Source of the DNA: Planctomycetota bacterium
GTDB taxonomy: Bacteria > Planctomycetota > GCA-002687715 > DRQF01
DNA length: 64,000 nucleotides
Assembly (NCBI GenBank): GCA_027001995.1
Contig: JALTLO010000017.1
Location: forward strand, 23,012-87,011
Direction of reading: 5' to 3'
Shown: positions 1-10,068 of the stretch, in pieces
Layout: every line of letters begins with the position of its first letter
How positions within the stretch are numbered: position 1 is the stretch's first letter
The notes under the pieces: generated by a model
Seen by the model: only the letters and a program-made list of their open reading frames with translations
The model's database searches: none
What the model was told of the DNA's origin: nothing
Program-made: the position numbers and the translations under genes

Positions 1-2
1 TC

Positions 3-575
3 GAGAAAAAGGGTGGGCAAGAGCGTGCCTACGACATCTACTCACGACTTCTCGAAGATCGCATCATTTTCATTGGCAGTGACATCTCAGACTTTGTCGC
101 CAATGCCGTGACAGCCCAGTTGCTCTTCTTGCAGAAGGAAAACCGAGCTCAAGACATCAATATCTTCATCAACTCCCCGGGGGGCTCAGTGACCGCCGGT
201 TTGGCAATCCTGGACACCATGCAATACGTCCAATGTGACATTGCCACCCATTGTTTGGGGCAGGCGGCATCCATGGGTGCCGTCCTCCTCGCAGCAGGCA
301 CCAAAGGCAAACGCTATTCCCTACCCAATTCACGGATCATGATTCACCAGCCCTGGGGTGGAGCTCAAGGCACTGCCATTGACATCGGTATTCAAGCCCA
401 AGAAATTGGCCGCATGAAGACCACCCTCAACCAGATATTAGCGGATGCTTCAGGCAAGGATCTGAGTGTGGTAGAAAAGGATACAGATCGCGACTACTTC
501 ATGTCTGCTGCGGAGGCAGTTGAATATGGTATCATCGATCAAATCATTAAGTCACAAAAAGACGAACTTAAGTAA
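3..575 (+). CDS. clpP: ATP-dependent Clp protease proteolytic subunit (5' end outside window)
   Basis: The frame is open from nt 3 ([25 protein letters not shown]...). Motifs [15 protein letters not shown] (catalytic Ser), MIHQP (His), DRDYFMSA. Directly upstream of clpX. Confidence 0.97.
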   Translation, partial: EKKGGQERAYDIYSRLLEDRIIFIGSDISDFVANAVTAQLLFLQKENRAQDINIFINSPGGSVTAGLAILDTMQYVQCDIATHCLGQAASMGAVLLAAGTKGKRYSLPNSRIMIHQPWGGAQGTAIDIGIQAQEIGRMKTTLNQILADASGKDLSVVEKDTDRDYFMSAAEAVEYGIIDQIIKSQKDELK

Positions 576-596
576 CAATCGGGAAACGCAGAAGTC

Positions 597-1943
597 ATGC
601 CGAGTCGACGCAAGAATGACACCGAAGTTTGCAGTTTCTGCGGCAAGAGTCGGCATCAGGTCAATAGCCTGATTTCCGGCCCCCCCGGAATCAACATTTG
701 CAATGAATGCATCGACATCTGCAATACGATTCTCTACGAGGAAAACCGGAAACAAGGGCTGACTGATCCTGCATCTCCAGCCCTTGTCAGCCACGACGTC
801 CCCAAACCCTCTGCCATCAAAGCCCATCTCGACGAATATGTCATTGGTCAAGATCACGCCAAACGTGTGCTGAGTGTGTCTGTTCACAACCACTACAAAA
901 GGCTCAACGCCTTAGACGACAGCGACAATGGCGTGGAGATCGACAAGAGCAACGTACTTTTGATCGGTCCCACTGGCTGCGGCAAGACGCTCTTGGCAAA
1001 AACCCTCGCCACCTTCTTGGATGTTCCTTTTGCCATTGCTGATGCCACAACTCTGACCGAAGCGGGTTACGTAGGTGAAGACGTCGAAAACGTCTTGCTC
1101 AAATTGCTGCAGAACGCTGACTTCAATCTGGAACGGGCCCAAAGGGGCATCATTTTCATTGATGAGCTCGATAAAATCGGGCGCAGCACAGGCAACGTCT
1201 CCATCACAAGAGATGTCTCCGGCGAAGGGGTTCAACAAGCTCTCCTGAAGATGCTCGAAGGGACAACCGCGAACATTCCTCCTCAAGGTGGCCGCAAACA
1301 TCCAGAGCAGCAATACATCGCCATGGATACCACCCAGATACTCTTCATTTGCGGTGGCACCTTCGTTGGCCTTCCCGATATCATTGCCAAACGTCTCGGC
1401 GAAACCCTCATCGGTTTTGCTAGTCACGACCAAAAAAGCAGCACCGCTCTCACCGACAAGTATGATGAGAAAGAAAAGCTCAAGCTTCTTCACCAAGTGG
1501 ACACAGATGACTTAGTCCAATTTGGCGTCATTCCAGAAATGCTTGGGCGTCTGCCGATTACCGCCGTCCTGAACCCTCTTTCTGTGGAAGATCTCATCCA
1601 AGTGATGACCGAGCCCCGCAATGCCATCATCAAGCAATACGAGCATTGTTTTGACTTGGAGAAGGCAACCCTCAGCTTCACACCGGAAGCTCTTCGCGAG
1701 TTGGCAGAGAAGGCCATTGCGAAAGAGACCGGCGTGCGTGCCATTCGTTCGATCTTAGAAGACATCTTGCTGAATACCATGTTCGAACTTCCTGACATGA
1801 AAGCGGATGCTGGCCGTAACTTCATTGTAAGCCCTGAGAATGTGCGAGGCGAACAACCAGTTGTGGGCACGCAGAGCCGACGGTCCCCAAGAAAGAAAAA
1901 GCCCAGCACCAAGAAGACTTCGAAACGCAAGAACTCCGCTTAG
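597..1943 (+). CDS. clpX: ATP-dependent Clp protease ATP-binding subunit ClpX
   Basis: N-terminal C4 zinc finger (CSFC...CNEC), Walker A GPTGCGKT, Walker [15 protein letters not shown] and RKHP loops, IGF loop. Confidence 0.98.
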   Translation: MPSRRKNDTEVCSFCGKSRHQVNSLISGPPGINICNECIDICNTILYEENRKQGLTDPASPALVSHDVPKPSAIKAHLDEYVIGQDHAKRVLSVSVHNHYKRLNALDDSDNGVEIDKSNVLLIGPTGCGKTLLAKTLATFLDVPFAIADATTLTEAGYVGEDVENVLLKLLQNADFNLERAQRGIIFIDELDKIGRSTGNVSITRDVSGEGVQQALLKMLEGTTANIPPQGGRKHPEQQYIAMDTTQILFICGGTFVGLPDIIAKRLGETLIGFASHDQKSSTALTDKYDEKEKLKLLHQVDTDDLVQFGVIPEMLGRLPITAVLNPLSVEDLIQVMTEPRNAIIKQYEHCFDLEKATLSFTPEALRELAEKAIAKETGVRAIRSILEDILLNTMFELPDMKADAGRNFIVSPENVRGEQPVVGTQSRRSPRKKKPSTKKTSKRKNSA

Positions 1944-2009
1944 CCAACTCCATATTGGGGCTCATCCACATACAGATCATCCACCGACTCACTGGGATTC
2001 AAAGCCACC

Positions 2010-3065
2010 ATGCCCAATCGCCCCACCAAGACGCAGCGACTGTCGGACCTTTCCAAACTCGAAATCGAAGAAGCCACCCAGGCAAGCGGACAACCCGCAT
2101 ATCGCTCCGGCCAAGTTTGGCAATGGATGTCACAGAAAGGCATCTTTGATGTGAGTGAAATGCGGAACGTACCCAAGGCTCTTCGGGAGTTTCTGGGGGA
2201 CCGATACGCCCTCCCTCCATTGAAAATAGCTCACCAGTCCATCGCTAAAGATGGCACCCAGAAAGTCCTCTTCAAACTTGGGGATGGCAAGCTCATTGAA
2301 TCTGTTTTGATCCCTGCAGAGAAAAGAACCACCATATGTTTGTCTTCTCAGGTGGGCTGTGCGGTGGGTTGCCATTTTTGCGCCAGCGGCATTGATGGCG
2401 GCAAAAGAAACCTCAGCAGCGGGGAGATGTTTGAAGTCTTCATGTACATGAGGAATCAAGCCAAGGCGAACGACCGCTCCATCACAAATTTGGTCATCAT
2501 GGGCATGGGCGAACCCATGTTCAATTTAGAACAAGTCATTGTCGCTCTTGACCGCATCAACAGTGAAGATGGTCCCAATCTGGGAGCAAGGCGGATCACC
2601 ATTTCAACTGTCGGCATCGCCCATGGCGTGAAACGATTTACCGCCTCAAAGCGTGCTTATAACCTGGCCTTCTCCCTCCATGCCCCCAACGATCAATTGA
2701 GAAGAAAAATTGTGCCCTTGGAGTCGGCCATGACGGTGGAAGAGATACGTCAAGCCGCACTGGATCACCTGAAGGAAACGGGCCGCGAAGTCACCTTCGA
2801 GTACGTTATGCTCAAAGGAGTCAACGACAGTCCACGAGAGGCTCGAGAACTTCGTAAATTGATGAAACACACCCAAGCGAGTGTCAACCTTATCCCCTAC
2901 AACCCCGTCCCAGAGCTGAACTACCAACGCCCCACAGACGAGGCCATCGACACATTCACTGAAATATTAGAAGAAAGTGGAGTGAAAGTCAGCGTGAGGC
3001 GTCGCAAAGGTGCAGATATCGACGCCGCATGTGGACAGTTAGCACTCAAGAAAAACCGGGAATAG
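2010..3065 (+). CDS. rlmN: Dual-specificity RNA methyltransferase RlmN (radical SAM)
   Basis: SSQVGCAVGCHFC (CxxxCxxC), MGMGEP, SLHAP, NLIPYN, C-terminal DIDAACGQL. Confidence 0.96.
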   Translation: MPNRPTKTQRLSDLSKLEIEEATQASGQPAYRSGQVWQWMSQKGIFDVSEMRNVPKALREFLGDRYALPPLKIAHQSIAKDGTQKVLFKLGDGKLIESVLIPAEKRTTICLSSQVGCAVGCHFCASGIDGGKRNLSSGEMFEVFMYMRNQAKANDRSITNLVIMGMGEPMFNLEQVIVALDRINSEDGPNLGARRITISTVGIAHGVKRFTASKRAYNLAFSLHAPNDQLRRKIVPLESAMTVEEIRQAALDHLKETGREVTFEYVMLKGVNDSPREARELRKLMKHTQASVNLIPYNPVPELNYQRPTDEAIDTFTEILEESGVKVSVRRRKGADIDAACGQLALKKNRE

Positions 3066-3156
3066 ACCTTTGAGACGACCCGGAAAAGTTCATGGTCAAA
3101 AAGAGCAGGGTTAGAACGAGTACCCTGTGAGAAACAGGGCACTCGCAATTGCCAAC

Positions 3157-4485
3157 TCAGAGTTTCTTGACATCAGGGAGACGATGAAGTTTCTGAGGGC
3201 GCGTGTCTTCTTTCTTGCTCTTGGGGAGACCAGGCATAGAACCGGTCAAGGTCAACAACTTGCCCTCCCGCCAAACGGAGAAAACCAATTTGTCATTGGG
3301 CTTGCTCAAGAGAAAACTCGTCTTGAGATCAAGGGGCTTGGAGATTTCGTCACCGTTCAATGACAAGAGAACGTCACCGACCTTCAAACCGACCTGAGCA
3401 GCCAAGGAATTCGGAACAACGCTGTTGACGTAGATCCCCTTGTCGCCGACCCCGGACTTTTCCAGATCAACGCTCAGACGAATTGGTGGCAAGGAGACTT
3501 CAACTCCCAAGACTTTCTTTTTGGATTCGGGAGACAGGCGTTTCAGGCCCAGCCTTGGTCCAAAGAAAGGATCTCTATCAAAGACCCCTGGTCCACGTCG
3601 AGTTCTTTCGAAGAAGGCGCGCAACCTCTGATCCAAGTCTCCATCCAACTCTTCCAAATTGAAGGCACCAAACCGTCTTTCGGACAGATCGCGATCAAGG
3701 AACTTGAATAGTCGTTCGAAATGATCATTCATTTCTTGGTTCATTCCCTGAGGAAAACCACCTCTAAGACGTGGGGCCCCGGGGTTAAGAACTTGGAACT
3801 CAACCCGTGCATTCTCAAAGATCCCCGTATTCTTGTATCTCTCATACTCTTGTGGAAAAGCCTTCTTAAACTCTTCCATTGTTTTGGCCTCGAAGACTCG
3901 CGACTCCTCGGTCTGATCCCGTGTTGTCACCGTCAGTTTCACACCATCGTCACTGTGTTCAAACTTAAGGGATTCATCCCCCATCTGCATAGATGTCATG
4001 GACCTGAAGCGACTCTGCCCCATGAGGTCTCTATCCCATGCGGGGAAATCAAAACGAAATCTCTGAGAACCGTTCTTGCCGTTCAAGAGATCTTCAAAAA
4101 GATGGCTATCTCTTTTCTTAAGGACTCCTTTGCGCAGCTTTCGGGGATTCGATTTCTCGTCACCTCCCTCGATCTTCCGCAGGGGTTTGGGATCTTCCTG
4201 GTCGCCCTCCAAGAGGGCCCGAACCCGAGTTCGAACTTCAAGGTCTTTGTGATCGCGAAAGCTCTGAAGGAAAGGAAAAGCTTTTGCCCCCAAGGATATC
4301 AAGCGTTTGTTGGCACGCTCCCGGGTTTGAAAGTCGGATTTGCCCAAATCGGCCACCAGGCTTTTCACTTCCGATTCCAAGGTGACCTTGGTTTGGCTCT
4401 GAGGATCTGACTGTTTGATTTGAGCCATAGCTTCATGGGCCATGACAGCAATCATCAAAATTAGAATTAAGTTTGTGCGTGTCAT
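3157..4485 (-). CDS. Secreted protein with N-terminal HEAT-like hairpin and C-terminal PDZ domain
   Basis: Signal peptide ending AMA-Q, segment LGKSDFQTRERANKRLISLG, PDZ signature GIYVNSVVPNSLAAQVGLKVGDVLLSLNG. ATG at 4485 is preceded by AAGGAG (the ORF track starts at 4491). Confidence 0.75.
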   Translation of the reverse strand: MTRTNLILILMIAVMAHEAMAQIKQSDPQSQTKVTLESEVKSLVADLGKSDFQTRERANKRLISLGAKAFPFLQSFRDHKDLEVRTRVRALLEGDQEDPKPLRKIEGGDEKSNPRKLRKGVLKKRDSHLFEDLLNGKNGSQRFRFDFPAWDRDLMGQSRFRSMTSMQMGDESLKFEHSDDGVKLTVTTRDQTEESRVFEAKTMEEFKKAFPQEYERYKNTGIFENARVEFQVLNPGAPRLRGGFPQGMNQEMNDHFERLFKFLDRDLSERRFGAFNLEELDGDLDQRLRAFFERTRRGPGVFDRDPFFGPRLGLKRLSPESKKKVLGVEVSLPPIRLSVDLEKSGVGDKGIYVNSVVPNSLAAQVGLKVGDVLLSLNGDEISKPLDLKTSFLLSKPNDKLVFSVWREGKLLTLTGSMPGLPKSKKEDTRPQKLHRLPDVKKL

Positions 4486-5132
4486 TTGCAAACTCCTTTA
4501 CTGCTACTATGACGGCCAAGCGTCAGAATTGCTCCAAAGAAATCTGTGATAATTCGCAAGACGAGGGGCGCTGCGACGTTGACAGCCTGAGAACGACAGG
4601 GCAGAAATGAGGCCGGAAACGTCCTCTGGTGGCCCCAAGATCGTTGACAATGTGCTTAGTCTTCCAGACCACCAAGCTTGGGTCCGAGCTCAGACCAAAG
4701 ATCGATAGAAACGTCCTGCGCCAAAGCGGCACTTTGATCCCGTCCCCAACTTCGAAGAAGCCTAGCGACGCAATCATCACTCATGAGGGAGGACTTTGAA
4801 GACAATGAATTCAGATTGACTGTTTGCGAGTAGATCGGGTCGAAGCCTGGCGATTGTTGCAGATCGTTTGGATGACCGTCGGTCCCGTCACTCGTCCAAT
4901 AGAATCTCGTCATAGAGCCTGCTTTCTAAATTGATTAGGAACAACCAAGATACGGCCCACAGCTCTCCCCCATGGGGAAAACTCAAAAAAATTTGGAATC
5001 TGGGAATGAAATCGACTGACCTGTTTTCCGACGACCACGACATGCCAATGAGGAGCGGTGGAAGGTATTGCTCTTAAGTATCTTATGACGAGTGTAAAGC
5101 TGACTTTCCACATCTTTCAAGAACTTTGAGGG

Positions 5133-6185
5133 TTACTTCTTTTCCTCTTTCTTTTCCCCAGGGAGATCAGATTCTTCATTCTCTTCTTCAACAGCTACCG
5201 GTGCCACGGGTGGATTGTCACCGAAAAGGGCCCCGATTTTGCGAAATCGATCGTAACGTTGATCTAACAAGTCATCCTCAGACAATTGAAGCAGATGAAT
5301 CAACTCACTTTTGATCTTGTTTTTCAGGGTGGCTGCCATGGCTTCGGGATGGCGATGGGATCCTCCCAATGGCTCAGGCAGGACCTCATCAACGACGTCA
5401 AGACTGAACAAATCACTGCTTGTGAGCCTCAATGCCTTGGCGGCTCTCTCGGCCTCACCAGCACTATTCCACAGAATGGCTGCACATCCTTCTGGAGAGA
5501 TAACTGAGTAGTAGGAATGTTCGAGCATGAAAACACGGTCGCCGACACCAATGCCCAAAGCTCCTCCAGAACCACCTTCACCAATAACTGTACAGATAAT
5601 CGGTACCGGTAGATTAGCCATCAGCATGAGGTTTTCAGCAATCGCCCAGGCTTGACCTCGTTCCTCGGCTCCAATGCCCGGATAGGCTCCTGGCGTGTTG
5701 ATGAAGGTCACAATGGGCAGATTGAATTTGGCTGCCAACTTGAAGAAGCGGTGGGCTTTCCGGTACCCCTCTGGATGGGCGCAACCAAAATTGCAGGCGA
5801 TCTTTTCTTTCGTGTCCCGGCCCTTCCGATGGCCAGCAACCAAGACCGGAATTCCGTCCAACTTCGCCAAGCCACAAACCATGGCTTGGTCATCACCGAA
5901 AACACGGTCTCCATGGAGTTCAACGAAGTCATCAAACACCAGGTCTATGTAGTCCGTGGTATTAGGACGAAACTGGTGACGGGCAAGCTGCACTTTGTCC
6001 CATGCATTCAAGTCATCAAAGATGGCTTGAGTGAGTTGCTCTAGCTTGTTTTTGAGGGGCATCATTTGCCCATTCAAATCCATGCCGGTTGAGCGGGAGA
6101 GTTCTTCCAGCTCCTGAATCTTTGCCTCCATCTCGAAAATCGGCTTTTCGAATTCAAGGGGCTGTAGTTTTCGTGCCTCGGCCAT
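5133..6185 (-). CDS. accA: Acetyl-CoA carboxylase carboxyltransferase alpha subunit
   Basis: LEFEKPI, ELHGDR, PEGYRKA, TPGAYPGIGAEERGQ, GEGGSGGALG, YSVISPEGCAAILW. Confidence 0.97.
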   Translation of the reverse strand: MAEARKLQPLEFEKPIFEMEAKIQELEELSRSTGMDLNGQMMPLKNKLEQLTQAIFDDLNAWDKVQLARHQFRPNTTDYIDLVFDDFVELHGDRVFGDDQAMVCGLAKLDGIPVLVAGHRKGRDTKEKIACNFGCAHPEGYRKAHRFFKLAAKFNLPIVTFINTPGAYPGIGAEERGQAWAIAENLMLMANLPVPIICTVIGEGGSGGALGIGVGDRVFMLEHSYYSVISPEGCAAILWNSAGEAERAAKALRLTSSDLFSLDVVDEVLPEPLGGSHRHPEAMAATLKNKIKSELIHLLQLSEDDLLDQRYDRFRKIGALFGDNPPVAPVAVEEENEESDLPGEKKEEKK

Positions 6186-6300
6186 ATCGCTTCTCTACAG
6201 TTTCAGGACGCTCAAACTTGATATCCACATCGAACCGCGCTCCACCAGCAAGATCGGCTGGCAAATTGTAAGGCGCCGATTCCCAATTACAACCGGGACA

Positions 6301-6329
6301 TTGACGCTCATGACCCCCATTGATACCAT
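6301..6329 (+). promoter_or_regulatory. Putative sigma70 promoter for purL-purQ
   Basis: TTGACG (6301-6306), 17-nt spacer, TACCAT (6324-6329) with an extended -10 TG, 84 nt upstream of the purL ATG. Confidence 0.55.
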
Positions 6330-6413
6330 CTTGCGGACGGGATAAACAGCTCTAAAATACGGTGCTCCTGTGACTTAGAAACAGAACAGGAGCCAAAACG
6401 AAGGTCTCAAAGC

Positions 6414-9293
6414 ATGTTGTGGCAATTCGAGATATGCGCCCGATCCGGGCAAGTTGATCCCTATGCGCATGAAATCGAGCGCGATTTGGCTTGGTTAGAA
6501 CTGGAAAAGGCGGCTCCAGTTGAGTTAACGCGGCTTTATCTACTAGGCGGAAAATTGGACAAGAAGAAAGCTATGGCCCTTGGCACGGCCCTTCTCGTCG
6601 ATCCCATCGTCCAGAAAATGACTGTGGCGAAACACAGTGAAGCCCCGGAATCTGATGCCAGAGTGGTCACCGTTTGTCGCAAAGCTGGTGTCACGGCTCC
6701 AGAAGAGGAAAGTCTCCGGCGGGCTGCCAAAAGGATGGACATCGAACTGGACGAGATTCGCACCGGCTATCGGTTTCGATTCTCGGAGACGACAACCACC
6801 GAGGAGATTGAACGCATCTCCCAGGCCCTCTTGGCCAATGGTGTCGTCGACGACATTCAAGTCGGTTCCGCCAGGCTCCCAGCTCACAAGACCCCTGCGG
6901 GGACAAAAAATGAACGCACAGAAATCCCCCTGCCTGAAGACGATGACGAACTCTTAGCCATCAGCGTAAATTTGGGTTTGGCCCTGAACTTGGTTGAGAT
7001 GCAGACGATTCGCGGACATTTCTTCGAACTCGAACGCAACCCCACCGACATCGAGTTAGAGACTTTAGCTCAAACTTGGTCAGAACACTGCAAGCACAAA
7101 ACTTTCGGCGCTGTTATCGATTTTAATGGCAAGACCATCGACAACTTGATTAAGCAAACGATCTTCAAGGCGACAAAAGACTTAGACCGTGATTTTTGCG
7201 TTTCGGTTTTCACCGATAATGCGGGGATCGTACGTTTCGACGACCAATACAATCTCTGTTTCAAAGTCGAGACACATAACCATCCCAGCGCAATTGAACC
7301 CTATGGCGGAGCAGGAACAGGTCTGGGGGGAGTCCTCAGAGACATCTTAGGAACAGGCTTGGGGGGAAAACCTGTGGCCAATGTCGATGTCTTTTGCGTC
7401 GGCGATCTTGAGGCTCAAAGGGAGGATCTACCTATGGGTGTGATCCATCCCCTGCGGGTTCTTAAAGGTGTTGTGGCTGGAGTGCGGGACTACGGCAACC
7501 GTATGGGAATCCCCACTGTCGCTGGTGGCGTTTGCTTCGATCCACGTTACACCGGCAACCCCTTAGTCTACGCCGGTAGCGTCGGCCTCATTCCTGTTAA
7601 TCGATGCGAAAAAGAGGCCCATCCCGGTGACAAGATTGTTGTCTTCGGGGGACGCACCGGTCGAGATGGAATTCACGGTGCGACCTTCTCCAGCATGGAA
7701 TTGCACGAGGAATCGGAGTCCGTCGATGGTGGCGCCGTCCAAATCGGTGACGCCATCACAGAGAAGCGCGCCATGGACGTCTTGATTCAAGCCCGAGATC
7801 GCGGTCTCTACCGGGACGTGACCGATTGCGGTGCTGGAGGCTTCTCATCAGCAATCGGCGAAATGGCAGAGAAAATCGGTGCTCGAGTCGATCTTGACAC
7901 AGCTCCATTGAAGTATCCGGGTCTTTCCTATCATGAGATTTGGATCTCCGAAGCCCAGGAGCGCATGGTCGTTGCATGCCCGCCTGAAAACTTAGATGAC
8001 ATGTTAGCGCTCTGCGCCAGTGAAGACGTGGAAGCCTTCGTCCTGGGGGAGTTCACCGACACAAAACGTTTGGAAATCATGTTTGAAGGTCAGCAAGTCG
8101 CCGACTTAGACCTGGAATTCCTTCACGATGGACTCCCTCGTCCCACCATGAAAGCCACGTGGACGGCTCCCCGCCGCCAGAACCTAAGAGGCTTCCGTGG
8201 GCCTGGTTGCCACGAGACCATCAGGACCCTCTTGGCTGACCCCAATACCGCCAGCAAAGAATGGATCATTCGCCAATATGATCACGAAGTGCAGAGTACA
8301 AGTTGTGTCAAGCCACTTGTAGGAGTGGGAAGCGATGGGCCTTCGGACGGCGCTGTCCATGCTCCGGTCTTAGGTTCAAACAAGGGATTCGCCATCGGCA
8401 TGGGAGTCAACCCTTTCTACGGCGACATCGACCCCTACCACATGGCCCAAGCCGTCATTGACGAAGCCCTGCGCAATGTCGTTTCCGTTGGCGGCGACCC
8501 GGACCAAACATCAATCCTCGACAATTTCTCTTGGGGAAATACCAACAAACCCGACCGATTAGGGGCTTTGGTACGGGCCTCCCAAGGATGCTATGACGCG
8601 GCCATGTCTTTGGGTTTGCCATTCATTTCCGGCAAAGACAGCCTCAATAACGAGTACGCCACCAAGGACGGGACCATCGTAATCCCCCACACTCTTTTGA
8701 TCAGCGCCCTTTCCATTGTGGAAGATGTGACCAAATCGGTGACGATGGACCTTAAAGAAGCGGGCAGTAACCTCTATCTGATCGGTATGACCGACGCTGA
8801 ATTAGGAGCATCCTCCTATCTCCGCAATTTGGACTTACGGGGCAACGAAGTTCCTAAGCTTCATCCTCGGGCCATCGAGATTCATCGCCTTGTCCATCAA
8901 GCCATCCAAGATGAACTACTTCTCTCATGCCATGACTGCTCTGAAGGGGGTTTAGGAGTTGCTGCTGCCGAGGCTGCCTTCGCCGGCGACCAAGGATTGG
9001 AGATCGACTTGGCGAGAGTCATCACCCGTGACACCCGTATGCGGGACGATGAGATTCTCTTCTCTGAGTCCTTAACGCGATTCTTGGTCGAGGTTAACCC
9101 AAGCAACGCAGCTCGTTTCGAAGCACTGATGGAAACCGTCCCTTGCGCGGCCATTGGACGAACCATTGAGCTAGGACATTTTCAGGTCCGAGGGATCTCC
9201 GGCCTTCATATCATCGATGATCCCTTGAAAGAACTCCGCGACATTCACAAGTACAGCCTCACCGAGATTCTGGAGGGCAATGAACATGCCTAA
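6414..9293 (+). CDS. purL: Phosphoribosylformylglycinamidine synthase subunit PurL with N-terminal PurS-like extension
   Basis: QTWSEHCKHK, KVETHNHPSAIEPYGGAGTG, DCGAGG, SEAQERM, QYDHEV, FISGKDSLNN, HDCSEGG. About 160 extra N-terminal residues (LLVDPIVQ, LLANGVVD) resemble tandem PurS-like units. Confidence 0.95.
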   Translation: MLWQFEICARSGQVDPYAHEIERDLAWLELEKAAPVELTRLYLLGGKLDKKKAMALGTALLVDPIVQKMTVAKHSEAPESDARVVTVCRKAGVTAPEEESLRRAAKRMDIELDEIRTGYRFRFSETTTTEEIERISQALLANGVVDDIQVGSARLPAHKTPAGTKNERTEIPLPEDDDELLAISVNLGLALNLVEMQTIRGHFFELERNPTDIELETLAQTWSEHCKHKTFGAVIDFNGKTIDNLIKQTIFKATKDLDRDFCVSVFTDNAGIVRFDDQYNLCFKVETHNHPSAIEPYGGAGTGLGGVLRDILGTGLGGKPVANVDVFCVGDLEAQREDLPMGVIHPLRVLKGVVAGVRDYGNRMGIPTVAGGVCFDPRYTGNPLVYAGSVGLIPVNRCEKEAHPGDKIVVFGGRTGRDGIHGATFSSMELHEESESVDGGAVQIGDAITEKRAMDVLIQARDRGLYRDVTDCGAGGFSSAIGEMAEKIGARVDLDTAPLKYPGLSYHEIWISEAQERMVVACPPENLDDMLALCASEDVEAFVLGEFTDTKRLEIMFEGQQVADLDLEFLHDGLPRPTMKATWTAPRRQNLRGFRGPGCHETIRTLLADPNTASKEWIIRQYDHEVQSTSCVKPLVGVGSDGPSDGAVHAPVLGSNKGFAIGMGVNPFYGDIDPYHMAQAVIDEALRNVVSVGGDPDQTSILDNFSWGNTNKPDRLGALVRASQGCYDAAMSLGLPFISGKDSLNNEYATKDGTIVIPHTLLISALSIVEDVTKSVTMDLKEAGSNLYLIGMTDAELGASSYLRNLDLRGNEVPKLHPRAIEIHRLVHQAIQDELLLSCHDCSEGGLGVAAAEAAFAGDQGLEIDLARVITRDTRMRDDEILFSESLTRFLVEVNPSNAARFEALMETVPCAAIGRTIELGHFQVRGISGLHIIDDPLKELRDIHKYSLTEILEGNEHA

Positions 9294-10068
9294 CGCAAAA
9301 GTTTTGGTACTTCGTGCCGCTGGTGTTAATTGCAATGAAGAAACAGCCTACGCCTTTGAAGTGGCAGGGGCGGAAACAAAGCAGATTCACATCAACCAAC
9401 TGCTGGAAAACCCAAATCTGGTGGATGAATTTGCTGCCGTCGCTCTGCCTGGTGGTTTTTCCTACGGTGATGACATCTCAGCCGGACGCGTCTTAGCTGT
9501 TGAGCTAGACACCCGTTTAGGAGACGTCTTAAGGCAACTCCTCCAACGGGGTGGTCTCATCTTAGGAATCTGCAATGGCTTTCAAGCCCTTATTAAGTCC
9601 GGCCTCCTCACCGGACCAGAATCCAAAGAAATTTCGAATTCAGCGACGTTAGTTGAAAACGAATGCCACCACTACGTTGACCGTTGGGTAACGCTCAAGG
9701 CAAACGGCAAGAAATCACTTTTTGTCGACGGCGATGGGACATTGGAGCTTCCGATCGCGCACGCTGAAGGGAAATTTGTAGCTGCTGATGACGGGAGTCT
9801 TGATTCTCTCTTCGCCGCAGACCGAGTGGTGTTTCAATACACAGATCAGACTGGCTCAGAGACCACAGAGTTTCCCGCTAACCCCAACGGCAGCCAAAGA
9901 GGCGTCGCAGGAATCTGTGATGAAACAGGACAGGTCTTAGGGCTCATGCCACATCCGGAACGATTCATCTTCCCATGGCAGCACCCCCAATGGACCCGAG
10001 ATAAGTCGAGAACAAATTGTGATGGCATGTCCATTTTTCACCACGCAGTCAAGAACCTCAAAGCTTAG
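9280..10068 (+). CDS. purQ: Phosphoribosylformylglycinamidine synthase glutaminase subunit PurQ
   Basis: GVNCNEET, PGGFSYGD, LGICNGFQ (catalytic Cys), AHAEG, NPNGS, LMPHPER. Overlaps the purL stop. Confidence 0.96.
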   Translation: MNMPNAKVLVLRAAGVNCNEETAYAFEVAGAETKQIHINQLLENPNLVDEFAAVALPGGFSYGDDISAGRVLAVELDTRLGDVLRQLLQRGGLILGICNGFQALIKSGLLTGPESKEISNSATLVENECHHYVDRWVTLKANGKKSLFVDGDGTLELPIAHAEGKFVAADDGSLDSLFAADRVVFQYTDQTGSETTEFPANPNGSQRGVAGICDETGQVLGLMPHPERFIFPWQHPQWTRDKSRTNCDGMSIFHHAVKNLKA

